DNA of 64,000 bases from an uncultured Verrucomicrobiae bacterium (lineage in GTDB: Bacteria > Verrucomicrobiota > Verrucomicrobiia > Limisphaerales > UBA11358). The notes below the pieces were generated by a model that searched no databases, had not been told where the DNA came from, and worked only from the letters and a program-made list of their open reading frames with translations. The stretch covers positions 307,304 to 371,303 of the forward strand of contig CAWBKH010000001.1 in the NCBI GenBank assembly GCA_963789335.1. The letters run 5' to 3'. Below, one piece after another: positions 20,353 through 29,012 of this stretch. Both the position numbers and the translations under genes were made by a program. The first letter of the stretch is position 1, and each line of letters opens with the position of its first letter.

Positions 20353-20543
20353 TTACCACCAGTATCCCGGCTTGCGATACCAGCCAGGCAGACCTCGGTG
20401 TCAGCGGGGACGCACCCAAATCGCGTGGGGATCAGAGCACCGCTACTGGTGTAGTTCGGGTTGGCGTTGAGTGACAAACAACCAGTCACCAAGCTGGCCA
20501 ATGCCGTGACCGTGAGAGGTTCGATCATTTCAAATGTTTTCAT
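20353..20543 (-). pseudogene. Degraded small lipoprotein with YXWGXW-like Trp repeat
   Basis: MKTFEMIEPLTVTALASLVTGC (lipobox-like); after a frameshift DPHAIWVRPR*HRGLPGWYRKPGYWW*. Confidence 0.4.
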
Positions 20544-20607
20544 TAATCTATTTGAGACTGTTATTTTTTTGGTTGAACTGCGTGACAAACTTTACGATTC
20601 GCTGGGT

Positions 20608-21057
20608 TTATTGGCTTGCGATTGGGACAAGCTCTTGGGCGCGGCCATCCAGAAAAGCGGTTTTGAAATCGGGTCGGGTCAGCCGACGAACGCGCTCCGT
20701 CTCGGATTCGGCCAGGTAATCCCGGATGGCTTTCAAGAGGAGCGGAATATCCAGCGGTTTTTCCATCAGCGCGTCAACGCGCAATTTTGCGGCGCGCTGG
20801 TACTGTCGTGATTTTGCGGTGATGATGATGACGGGCACCGACGGGTGAGTGCCGTTTATCAATTCAAAAACATCCCAGCCATCCCGGTCCGGCATGTCCA
20901 GGTCGAGCAATACCAAATCCGGCAGGTCGGCCATGAATTTTGCCGCGGCGTGGCGTCCAGTGTGGGCTTGCACGACTCGGTAAAGTTCCGATTCCAGCAC
21001 GCGTCCCAACATCTCCCGTACGCTGCTATCGTCATCTGCCAGCAGGATTTTTTTCAT
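20608..21057 (-). CDS. Stand-alone response regulator receiver protein
   Basis: KILLADDD, DLVLLDLDMP, IIITA, MEKP. Confidence 0.88.
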   Translation of the reverse strand: MKKILLADDDSSVREMLGRVLESELYRVVQAHTGRHAAAKFMADLPDLVLLDLDMPDRDGWDVFELINGTHPSVPVIIITAKSRQYQRAAKLRVDALMEKPLDIPLLLKAIRDYLAESETERVRRLTRPDFKTAFLDGRAQELVPIASQ

Positions 21058-21090
21058 AAGCGAATGAACTTTTTTCTGAGTCCTCCATTT

Positions 21091-21106
21091 AGCGCTAACC
21101 ATGCCA
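21091..21106 (-). promoter_or_regulatory. Possible sigma54 -24/-12 promoter
   Basis: Minus strand TGGCATGGTTAGCGCT (GG-N10-GC), 34 bp upstream of ATG 21057; the -12 element is imperfect. Confidence 0.4.
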
Positions 21107-21410
21107 CGGCGAAATTCTGGTTGATGCCTTCAAAATCCAAGGGCTTCACGTAGCGTGAAAATGTGAAGTGAAAGTCCCAGCTTACGAAGTATGCCAGCCT
21201 GCTCAATTTCTTAGTAACGTCGGCCATACAGAGAGGGGGGGGAAAGCCGTGGGAACCTTCTGTGCGCCGCCCGTTTCGCGGCGAGACATGCGGGGACGAT
21301 GCGTAATTCGAAACTTGAGACATACGCCTTACAAGTCATCATCGAATCCACGCACCAACTCGGGTTCAGGATTTTGCAGGAATTGATATGAAGTTGGACT
21401 TCCTGCCATT

Positions 21411-24170
21411 TCACCCCTTCGAGCTAAGACCTTGGGCGGCCTTTTTGAGAATGTCCGGCTTGCCCTTGGATTTGGTTTGCGTATGCGGGGGCGTGGGTGG
21501 CGGCGGAAATGTAAGCCTTGGAACTGTAAGCCGGTTCTTATTTGCTGAAACCACAAGAATACCCATCACCAGCAAACCCATGGCAATCGCGGCCAGACTG
21601 ACGTAGAGCAATCCGACGGGCGGCTGAAACTTAAATTCAACAACGTGCGTTCCTGCCAACAGATAGACCCCGCGCATCAACAAATTGCAACGCAACAATC
21701 TTTTCGGTCGGCCATCTACTAGAACCTTCCAATTCGGGTCGTAATGATCGTTGAGCAACAGCACGGAAGGTGCAGCCACATCCGTTTTGAGGATGATGTC
21801 CTTGGGGGCATAACTGGCGAACTGAACCACGCCGGCGATCTGATTGGTGCCCACAGTTGCCGAATTTGTCGGCACTCCACCAGCTACAAATACGCTGGAT
21901 TCCGGGTTGAATCCTAGGCTGAACAATTGTTGCAGCACGACCGGGTTGTTGGTGTTGATCTGCCAGTGGTCATACAGTTTTGCCCGCGGCAGCGCGGCCT
22001 CGAATTCGAAAAGAGCAAAGGGGCCGTCGTTGTGAGGTACGGCAGTTAATTGATCCCACTGGGTGGGTTCGGAAATTCCTGGCTTGGGGACAATGTCAAA
22101 ATCCATGACCGGCTGCAGCGGTGTCTGCGCCAGATAAGGCTGGTGGTTCCAGAAATCCTCCAATTCTGCCGCTCCCAGAATGTAACGGGTATTGGTGAGC
22201 TGCCAGGCGCGGCTCCAGAGGCGCGGAAGATCTGTCACATTGGTTTGTCTCAGCACATCCATGAAGGCCGACATGTCCTCCGGCCACAGTCGCATTTCCA
22301 CTACGTCAAACGACTGGACGTTGTAAAAGGGAAATTGCTGTTGCTGCCACTCTTGCTTGTAAAGATGACTGAGCACCATTAATTCTGGCGGGACATGCAC
22401 GGGTGCGAGCGCAACACGGTGTTCGTAGGGTTTGTCCCGCAAAAGGTCAATAACCGGATTGCTGGCGTACTTTTCCTTGTAATTCCAATAAATAATCCAA
22501 GGCTGGTTTGCGAGTCCGAGATCCGCCAGCAACAGCAATCCAAGCAAAATGCCTCCTCGGTCAGCCCGCTTGCCCGCAAAGGCCCCGCTGAAGATCAAGA
22601 CCATAAGTCCGGCGGCCAGCAAAAAAAACAGGATGAACCAGCCCACTTGGTGGATGCTGAAATTGGCAATGGAATCCACCGCGGATGAATCAAATCGGAC
22701 CGAGAGCAAGTATTGATCGAGTTCCGGGCGATGTTGCGCGTAATCCAGCCAGGCCAGCAGGCTGGCCACCCCAACCAATCCGCAACCATAGACCCAGTAT
22801 TTTTCAAACTTGGCGGCTCTGTTCCACCAACTCTGCAACCCGGTCCATCGAGAGTCGGCATTCGTTCCGGCCGGTTGCATGTATTTGCGCCGCAAACCTT
22901 CCACGCCAAAGGCGAAAAGCACCACGATGGCAAAACTGAACAAATAAAGGAATTTGACCGGGTTGCGAATTGTGGAGACGTAGGGCAAAGCATAAAACCA
23001 ACGGTAAAAGGGCGCAAAGTGACCTAACGCCAGCAAGAACGAGAGCACGGCGGCTCCTAGCCAAAACCAAAGCCACTTACGTCGCTCAAGGTCGAAAAGA
23101 GAATTTTTCCTGCGCAGCGCCTGTGCCACCGTCCAACACGCTACCAACACGACCAGCACCCCCGTATAATAACCGCTGCCAGCATAGCGCAAAAAGCTGG
23201 TCGGCGGCGATCCTTGGCTGCCGTTGGCTAAATATGTTTCCCATTCGGGATCGCGCCCAATCCTACCCCAATACTGACCTCCATGTAGCGTATCATCGCC
23301 GTAACCGAAAAGACCGGGCACCACCAAACTCAACACTTCCAGTTTGGGCAGACTCCATTGCGTAGCCCAACCCCACTGCTGCGCCTTGGTTTGAGCATTT
23401 TGTTGAGTTCCCGCCACCCCTTCGATGGACGTGGTTACCAATCCATAAATTGACGAAGCGGCGAGGAACAACGCGCAAACGGTAACCAGTGCCAGCCGAC
23501 CAACTCCCACGGCCAGGTTCCGTGCCCGTGAACCTTCGGCAACACAAGCCTGATACATGATGAAGGCGGCGACATACAAGCTGAAAATGGCCCCGACATC
23601 AGCGCCTATGGAAACCCCCATTCCCACAGCCATCCCCGCCAAAATCCGGCGCACCCAACGGTGACGCGAGGAAGTGTCCGCCAGCGCCGCCAGCGCCAGA
23701 AAACTCATGGCAGCCGTGAGCACATGTGGCGACATTCCCCAGCAAGCCACGGAGAAATAGGTCGAATTCAACATTGCCGCCAACCCCCCCAAGGAGCACG
23801 CCAAGGGAGCCAAGCGCGACTGGCGGAAAAAAAGCCAGGCCGACATCCCCAGTGTCAACAGCGACACAAGCGCATAAAACTTGGAGAACCAAACCGGCCC
23901 CAATAGCCACTCCAGACCGAAACTGATGTTCGGAGGTGCCGCGCCTCCATCAAATCCAACGCTGTTTAAGTCTGACCAGCAACCCAGAAACCTGCCCGGC
24001 AAACGATGGCACCGCGCCATCAACTCACCCAGCGGGCCGTCATTTGCAAACAGAGTATGTCCCGGCAGAAAGACACCGTGCAACAAAACCGAAAGCACCA
24101 CCAAGAACAGCAAAGTGGTTGCGACCCAACCTCCGGTGAGCGTTCTGGCGATGGCGGATAACCATTTCAT
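21411..24170 (-). CDS. YfhO-like polytopic membrane protein (putative GT-C glycosyltransferase)
   Basis: More than 10 TM segments; IRNPVKFL loop; C-terminal periplasmic LLLNDHYDPNWKVLVDG...NLLMRGVYL.AGTHVVEFKF followed by a final TM helix. Confidence 0.75.
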   Translation of the reverse strand: MKWLSAIARTLTGGWVATTLLFLVVLSVLLHGVFLPGHTLFANDGPLGELMARCHRLPGRFLGCWSDLNSVGFDGGAAPPNISFGLEWLLGPVWFSKFYALVSLLTLGMSAWLFFRQSRLAPLACSLGGLAAMLNSTYFSVACWGMSPHVLTAAMSFLALAALADTSSRHRWVRRILAGMAVGMGVSIGADVGAIFSLYVAAFIMYQACVAEGSRARNLAVGVGRLALVTVCALFLAASSIYGLVTTSIEGVAGTQQNAQTKAQQWGWATQWSLPKLEVLSLVVPGLFGYGDDTLHGGQYWGRIGRDPEWETYLANGSQGSPPTSFLRYAGSGYYTGVLVVLVACWTVAQALRRKNSLFDLERRKWLWFWLGAAVLSFLLALGHFAPFYRWFYALPYVSTIRNPVKFLYLFSFAIVVLFAFGVEGLRRKYMQPAGTNADSRWTGLQSWWNRAAKFEKYWVYGCGLVGVASLLAWLDYAQHRPELDQYLLSVRFDSSAVDSIANFSIHQVGWFILFFLLAAGLMVLIFSGAFAGKRADRGGILLGLLLLADLGLANQPWIIYWNYKEKYASNPVIDLLRDKPYEHRVALAPVHVPPELMVLSHLYKQEWQQQQFPFYNVQSFDVVEMRLWPEDMSAFMDVLRQTNVTDLPRLWSRAWQLTNTRYILGAAELEDFWNHQPYLAQTPLQPVMDFDIVPKPGISEPTQWDQLTAVPHNDGPFALFEFEAALPRAKLYDHWQINTNNPVVLQQLFSLGFNPESSVFVAGGVPTNSATVGTNQIAGVVQFASYAPKDIILKTDVAAPSVLLLNDHYDPNWKVLVDGRPKRLLRCNLLMRGVYLLAGTHVVEFKFQPPVGLLYVSLAAIAMGLLVMGILVVSANKNRLTVPRLTFPPPPTPPHTQTKSKGKPDILKKAAQGLSSKG

Positions 24171-24229
24171 GTCATTTCAAACCGGCTTGGTCCGCATGCA
24201 CTGGATTTTTCCATTTTGTCTTTGAAGCG

Positions 24230-25195
24230 CTACCGGTCTGAAGATTCCTGCTCCGGCTTGCTCCAATAGGTAAGATCGCGCCCCAACAATGCGCTTAACC
24301 GTTCGACTTCCGGTGCAAATTCGCGGCGAAGTGAAAGTTGCAAGTCCGGCGCCGACGGCGAACGTTTGCCAGGACTTTTGATGGCGTTGAATTGATTGAG
24401 GCGGTCTCCCATCTTTTGCAGCGTGGTGAAAATCCCGCGCGGCAGCCAGGCGCGCAGGGCGATTGCCGTTCCTCGTACCAGTGGGTCAGTCAAAATGGCT
24501 CGCATCGTCGGGCTTCTCACGGACTTGTCTCCATTGATGTTTCCATTGACCACTTGAAAATCGCGGTCAACGCGGTTGCAAGCAACACCTAAGAAATCCA
24601 GCGTCTTGCGGTAGGCGCCGGCAGTGTCCGCACTAAAATCGTCATAGATGATGACATACACACGTTCACGGCCAAAAGCATCAAAATAGCGCCGCACCTG
24701 TTCGGTAAAACATGCAGCCGCTCGATAGACCAACGCTTGTGCTAAATAAGTCTGCCGGCTGACACGGCGTCCCTCCCGCCGGTCATTTTCCGCAGCCAAG
24801 GCCTCTTTGAACGTGGGCAGCTTTTCATTGCCGTCGGCACGAAATTGACAATACAGCGAATACAGCGTGGCCGCCGGCTCCCGCAGCATGATAATAATGC
24901 GTGCTTCCGGATTGAAGGCTTTGATTTCGGCGGCGGCCAGTTTCGAAAAAAGATACCACACTGAACTTTCGCCTGCACAAGCTTGGCCGTCCCAAGTGCA
25001 GAACTCTGCCAGATAAGCGTCCTTGTCACGGCGATAAAAGTTGGTGCCAAAACGCAAATCCGCGCCGAAGAAATGCATTTCCTTCCTGGCCATGTAAATA
25101 TCCGGGTGCGTCGCTAGGTAGCAATTCAGGGCTGTCGTTCCACACTTGGGGGCGCCCACAATAAAAAAATCCGGCCGCTTTTTGCCGGAAACCAT
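24230..25195 (-). CDS. PAPS-dependent sulfotransferase
   Basis: FFIVGAPKCGTTAL (5'-PSB), KEMHFF, IIIMLREP...YS (3'-PB). Start uncertain (25195, 25258 or 25264). Confidence 0.88.
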   Translation of the reverse strand: MVSGKKRPDFFIVGAPKCGTTALNCYLATHPDIYMARKEMHFFGADLRFGTNFYRRDKDAYLAEFCTWDGQACAGESSVWYLFSKLAAAEIKAFNPEARIIIMLREPAATLYSLYCQFRADGNEKLPTFKEALAAENDRREGRRVSRQTYLAQALVYRAAACFTEQVRRYFDAFGRERVYVIIYDDFSADTAGAYRKTLDFLGVACNRVDRDFQVVNGNINGDKSVRSPTMRAILTDPLVRGTAIALRAWLPRGIFTTLQKMGDRLNQFNAIKSPGKRSPSAPDLQLSLRREFAPEVERLSALLGRDLTYWSKPEQESSDR

Positions 25196-25274
25196 TTTTA
25201 ATCCCGCAGCGGTTGCTGAAGGTCTGTCGGTTGCCACAGATATTGTGTTCGCGCCCATCCGCATTTTTCTGCTC

Positions 25275-25290
25275 GGCACGAATCATGCCA
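25275..25290 (-). promoter_or_regulatory. Sigma54 -24/-12 promoter candidate
   Basis: Minus strand TGGCATGATTCGTGCC (GG-N10-GC) upstream of the sulfotransferase and divergent from an NtrC-type system. Confidence 0.55.
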
Positions 25291-25639
25291 CCAAGCTCTT
25301 GCGGCTTGATGCCTTTGCGAATTGATTGAAAACAGCGGCAAATTTTGAGAAACACCGGATTGCAGACTCGCAACCCTGCATAGCAGTTATGCTGCGGCGC
25401 ATAATTGGTTTGCATACATCGTCCGCTCCACTCTTCTTTGCCTGGCAGATTACACGGGCTTGTGGAGTAAAGCTTGTTCATGTTGCTACGGGCCATTTTC
25501 CTTGGTGTAGCCATGCGGGACGAAGCACGGTTCTTGCAGAGGCTTGTTTCTGATGAGTTTGCTGGTTAAATGAGTCGAAGCAGCCGGGCGGTTGTCCTTG
25601 CCCGGCTTGCCCGCCGGAATAATCAATATCCTGCTGACT

Positions 25640-26998
25640 ATGAAAAATCGCGTGCAACAAAAATTAATCGGCCTCGTCGCCGCCGTTGTGGTGATGTGGC
25701 TGGGCATCGCCTTTCTGATAGTGGAATTGCAGTGGGAATCAGGAGCGCTGCGCACGCAATTGAAAGAGGTGGATTCGGAAAGCTACCGGATCGGTGACGA
25801 GTTCAGAGACCATCTGCGACAGTTGAATGAATCGCTCGAACGTTTTGGCATGTCGCATACGGCGCCGGATATCGCCGACTTCAACACGGCGAGCCGTGAC
25901 TTGGACCTCTGGATTGATCAGCAGAAACCAAGGCTGGCCACAGCGCAGGAGAAGGCGATTATGAATCAGATTGATGCCGCCTATGACGATTATCTCCGGG
26001 CGGCGAAGGAGTTGCTGGCTCGGCTGGTGGCACTCGGTGACGTCAGCGCCTCGATGGATGAATACGCCGGCGTGAGGACAGCATCAGCGCGGCTATACCG
26101 GCTTGGGCAGGACTTGACCCAGGCGCATCTGGCGTCCAGAGACCAGGTGATGGCCAGAGTAGGTGTGGTGACCACGGAATTGCGCGTCCTCGTTCTGATT
26201 GCACTCGCGCTGCTCTGTCTGTTCTCGCTGGCCCTCGCGGTCGTCGCGTATCGCGACATGATCAAGCCATTGCGCGTCAAACTTGTGGAGAGCCAGACGC
26301 TGCTCGAGCGTCAGGAGAAACTCGCCTCGCTCGGCACGCTGGCCGCCGGCGTGGCGCATGAAATCCGCAATCCGCTCACAGCCATCAAGGCCGCATTGTT
26401 CATGCAAAAGAAAAAATTCCCAAACCACTCGCCGGAACGCGACAATGTGGAAGTGACGGAGCGGGAAATTTCAAGGTTGGAACGGATCGTCAACAACTTT
26501 CTTCAGTTCGCCCGGCCGGCCGAGCCGGAACTCGCCACGATGTCGGCGGATTTGCTGCTGCTCGAATCGCAACATTTTTTCGCGCCGCAAATGGAAAAAA
26601 GCAACATCCAACTGAAGTTGGAACCATCCGAGTCCCTGCGCATCCGCGTGGACACGGGTCAATTCAGGCAGGTTCTCATCAATCTGATCCAGAACGCAGC
26701 GGACAGCATCGGCAGGGATGGTACGATTACGCTGCGCGCGCGCCCGGACCGGAAACGCCTTGTCAACGGGGAAACCCCCGTCGTCATCCTCGAAGTCGCC
26801 GACACCGGTAAAGGCATTCAGCCGCACGTGGAAAGGCGGTTGTTCGACCCCTTTTTTACCACCAAGGAAAACGGCACCGGTCTGGGCCTCTCCATCGCGG
26901 CGCGAATCGTGCAACAACACGGCGGCCAGTTGCAGTATCAAACGCAGGTGGATCACGGCACCACTTTTGGTATCATCCTGCCAAGAGTGATTGAATGA
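25640..26998 (+). CDS. Sensor histidine kinase (NtrB-like, 2 TM)
   Basis: LAAGVAHEIRNPL H-box, NLIQNA, DTGKGI, FDPFFTTK, GTGLGL. Confidence 0.93.
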   Translation: MKNRVQQKLIGLVAAVVVMWLGIAFLIVELQWESGALRTQLKEVDSESYRIGDEFRDHLRQLNESLERFGMSHTAPDIADFNTASRDLDLWIDQQKPRLATAQEKAIMNQIDAAYDDYLRAAKELLARLVALGDVSASMDEYAGVRTASARLYRLGQDLTQAHLASRDQVMARVGVVTTELRVLVLIALALLCLFSLALAVVAYRDMIKPLRVKLVESQTLLERQEKLASLGTLAAGVAHEIRNPLTAIKAALFMQKKKFPNHSPERDNVEVTEREISRLERIVNNFLQFARPAEPELATMSADLLLLESQHFFAPQMEKSNIQLKLEPSESLRIRVDTGQFRQVLINLIQNAADSIGRDGTITLRARPDRKRLVNGETPVVILEVADTGKGIQPHVERRLFDPFFTTKENGTGLGLSIAARIVQQHGGQLQYQTQVDHGTTFGIILPRVIE

Positions 26999-28428
26999 AC
27001 GCGGCTGCAAAAATACTGCTGATTGACGATGATCCTGGCATTCGCGACACCTTGCAACAGGTTTTGACCGGCGAGGGATGCGAAGTGGTCATGGAACGCC
27101 GCGGCGACGACGGCTTGGCGCGCGCGGCCATGGAACCATTCAACGCCGTCGTCACCGATTTGAAAATGCCGGGCTTGAACGGACTGGACTTGGTCCGTCA
27201 ATTGCACGCCGCCCAGCCACGCCTGCCCATCATTCTCATCACGGCCTTCGGCACCACGCAAACCGCCATCGAGGCGACGAAGTTCGGTGCCTACGATTAT
27301 TTGCTTAAGCCGTTTGAAATTCCCCAATTGCTTGAACTAATTCGCCGGGCGGTGGACAGCAATCGTCTCATGTCCGAGCCGGTGGCGCTCGGTGAATCCG
27401 CTGCCGGACGGGACGCGCTCGTCGGCCAGAGCGCCGCAATGCAGGAAATCTACAAGGAAATCGGGCGCGTCGCCGGCAAGCCGGTCAACATTCTCATCCG
27501 TGGCGAGACTGGCACCGGCAAGGAGCTGATCGCCCGCGCCATTTATCAACACAGCGACCGCGCCAACGCGCCGTTCATCGCCATCAATTGCGCCGCCATT
27601 CCTGAAACCTTGCTCGAAAGTGAATTGTTCGGCCACGAACGCGGCGCGTTCACCGGCGCGAACGCGCAACGGATCGGGCGCTTTGAACAAGCGAATCACG
27701 GCACCATTTTTCTGGATGAAATTGGAGACATGACTCCCGGCACGCAGGTGAAATTGCTCCGTGTGCTACAGGAAAAATGCCTGCAACGGCTCGGCGGTGA
27801 GGAGACTGTTCCTGTGGACGTCCGCGTGCTGGCGGCCACTCATTGCGATCTGGAATCCGCCATTCGCCTGAAACAGTTTCGCGAAGACCTCTACTACCGG
27901 CTCAGCGTCGTGGTGATCACCCTGCCGCCGCTGCGCCAGCGCCGGGAAGACATACCCGGACTGGTCCAGTATTTCTTGCGGAAATATGGACCTGAATTGG
28001 GCAATACTGAGCCTTCCATCCATTCCGAGGCCATGGCGTTTCTGCAAGCGCATCCGTGGCCCGGCAACGTGCGGGAGTTGGAGAATGTCACGCGCAAATC
28101 CATGCTCCTCGCTCAAAACTACACGATTAACACCGACCACGTGCGCAACGCACTCAATAAAAATGCCGATTCTGCTTATTCTTCCGCGCGTCCGTTTGGC
28201 GATTATGTGGACGAACTGCTTGCCGCCGCTCACCGGGGCGAACTGGCGAATGTGCATGAGCGCATCATGGAAACGGCTGAGCGGGAATTGTTCACGCGGG
28301 CCATCGAGCTAGCCCACGGCAATCAGGCCAAAGCTGCCCGTTGGCTCGGCATTTCCCGCATTACCATGAAGGCCAAACTCGTCCAGTTCGGCCTTCATCC
28401 CGGCCAGGAAAACGAACAGACTTTCTGA
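26995..28428 (+). CDS. Sigma54-dependent NtrC-family response regulator
   Basis: Receiver domain, GETGTGKE, ESELFGHERGAFTGA, FLDEIGD, WPGNVREL, Fis-type HTH; ATGA overlap with the kinase. Confidence 0.95.
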   Translation: MNAAAKILLIDDDPGIRDTLQQVLTGEGCEVVMERRGDDGLARAAMEPFNAVVTDLKMPGLNGLDLVRQLHAAQPRLPIILITAFGTTQTAIEATKFGAYDYLLKPFEIPQLLELIRRAVDSNRLMSEPVALGESAAGRDALVGQSAAMQEIYKEIGRVAGKPVNILIRGETGTGKELIARAIYQHSDRANAPFIAINCAAIPETLLESELFGHERGAFTGANAQRIGRFEQANHGTIFLDEIGDMTPGTQVKLLRVLQEKCLQRLGGEETVPVDVRVLAATHCDLESAIRLKQFREDLYYRLSVVVITLPPLRQRREDIPGLVQYFLRKYGPELGNTEPSIHSEAMAFLQAHPWPGNVRELENVTRKSMLLAQNYTINTDHVRNALNKNADSAYSSARPFGDYVDELLAAAHRGELANVHERIMETAERELFTRAIELAHGNQAKAARWLGISRITMKAKLVQFGLHPGQENEQTF

Positions 28429-28533
28429 AGACAGGAACCCGTGTCAGCAAAATGAGAGGTTTGGTAATTGGAAATGGTTCCATAAAGTTTGAGAAGTTAC
28501 CGCTGGCTTCGAATGAGATTTGTCAACGACGGA

Positions 28534-28718
28534 TTATCTCGCCAGCTTTGGATAAAGCCGTGCGCCGATCGTTGTCAGTGCGGCTATGGCAATCAGCAAC
28601 GCGGTAAAATCCACGCCGACGTCGTGGGCCGTCGCGCCTCATAGGCTCATCGTTGCGCGCATCGCATACGCGTGTCGTAAGTCAGCGGATTAACTTGGGC
28701 CACCACCGCGTCGAGCCA
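28534..28718 (-). pseudogene. 3' remnant of an ABC-2 type permease
   Basis: WLDAVVAQVNPLTY, then after a frameshift AMRATMSL*GATAHDVGVDFTALLIAIAALTTIGARLYPKLAR*. Resembles the NPLTY..DALR last-TM region of ABC-2 permeases. Confidence 0.5.
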
Positions 28719-29012
28719 GACGTTGAATTGCTAGAATTGATTGAAAACCTCGGCCTGGATAATATTCCCAAAAGCGAAAAGTGTCGAGGCGAGGCGCAGT
28801 GAACAATTTTGATCTACATGATGGTCATCATTCTGACCACACGAAAATACAATCCTGTGCCAAGCTCGTTCCTTTCGCTCCTGGCAAATTGGCTGGAGCC
28901 GCCCGACTTCATGCACGCAAGCACGATGAATAGGCTGTTAAATGTGGGTGGGAGAAGTTGGAATAAGCTCGACTTGAGATTTATCGCTTCATTGAATAGC
29001 TCCATCAGTCGA

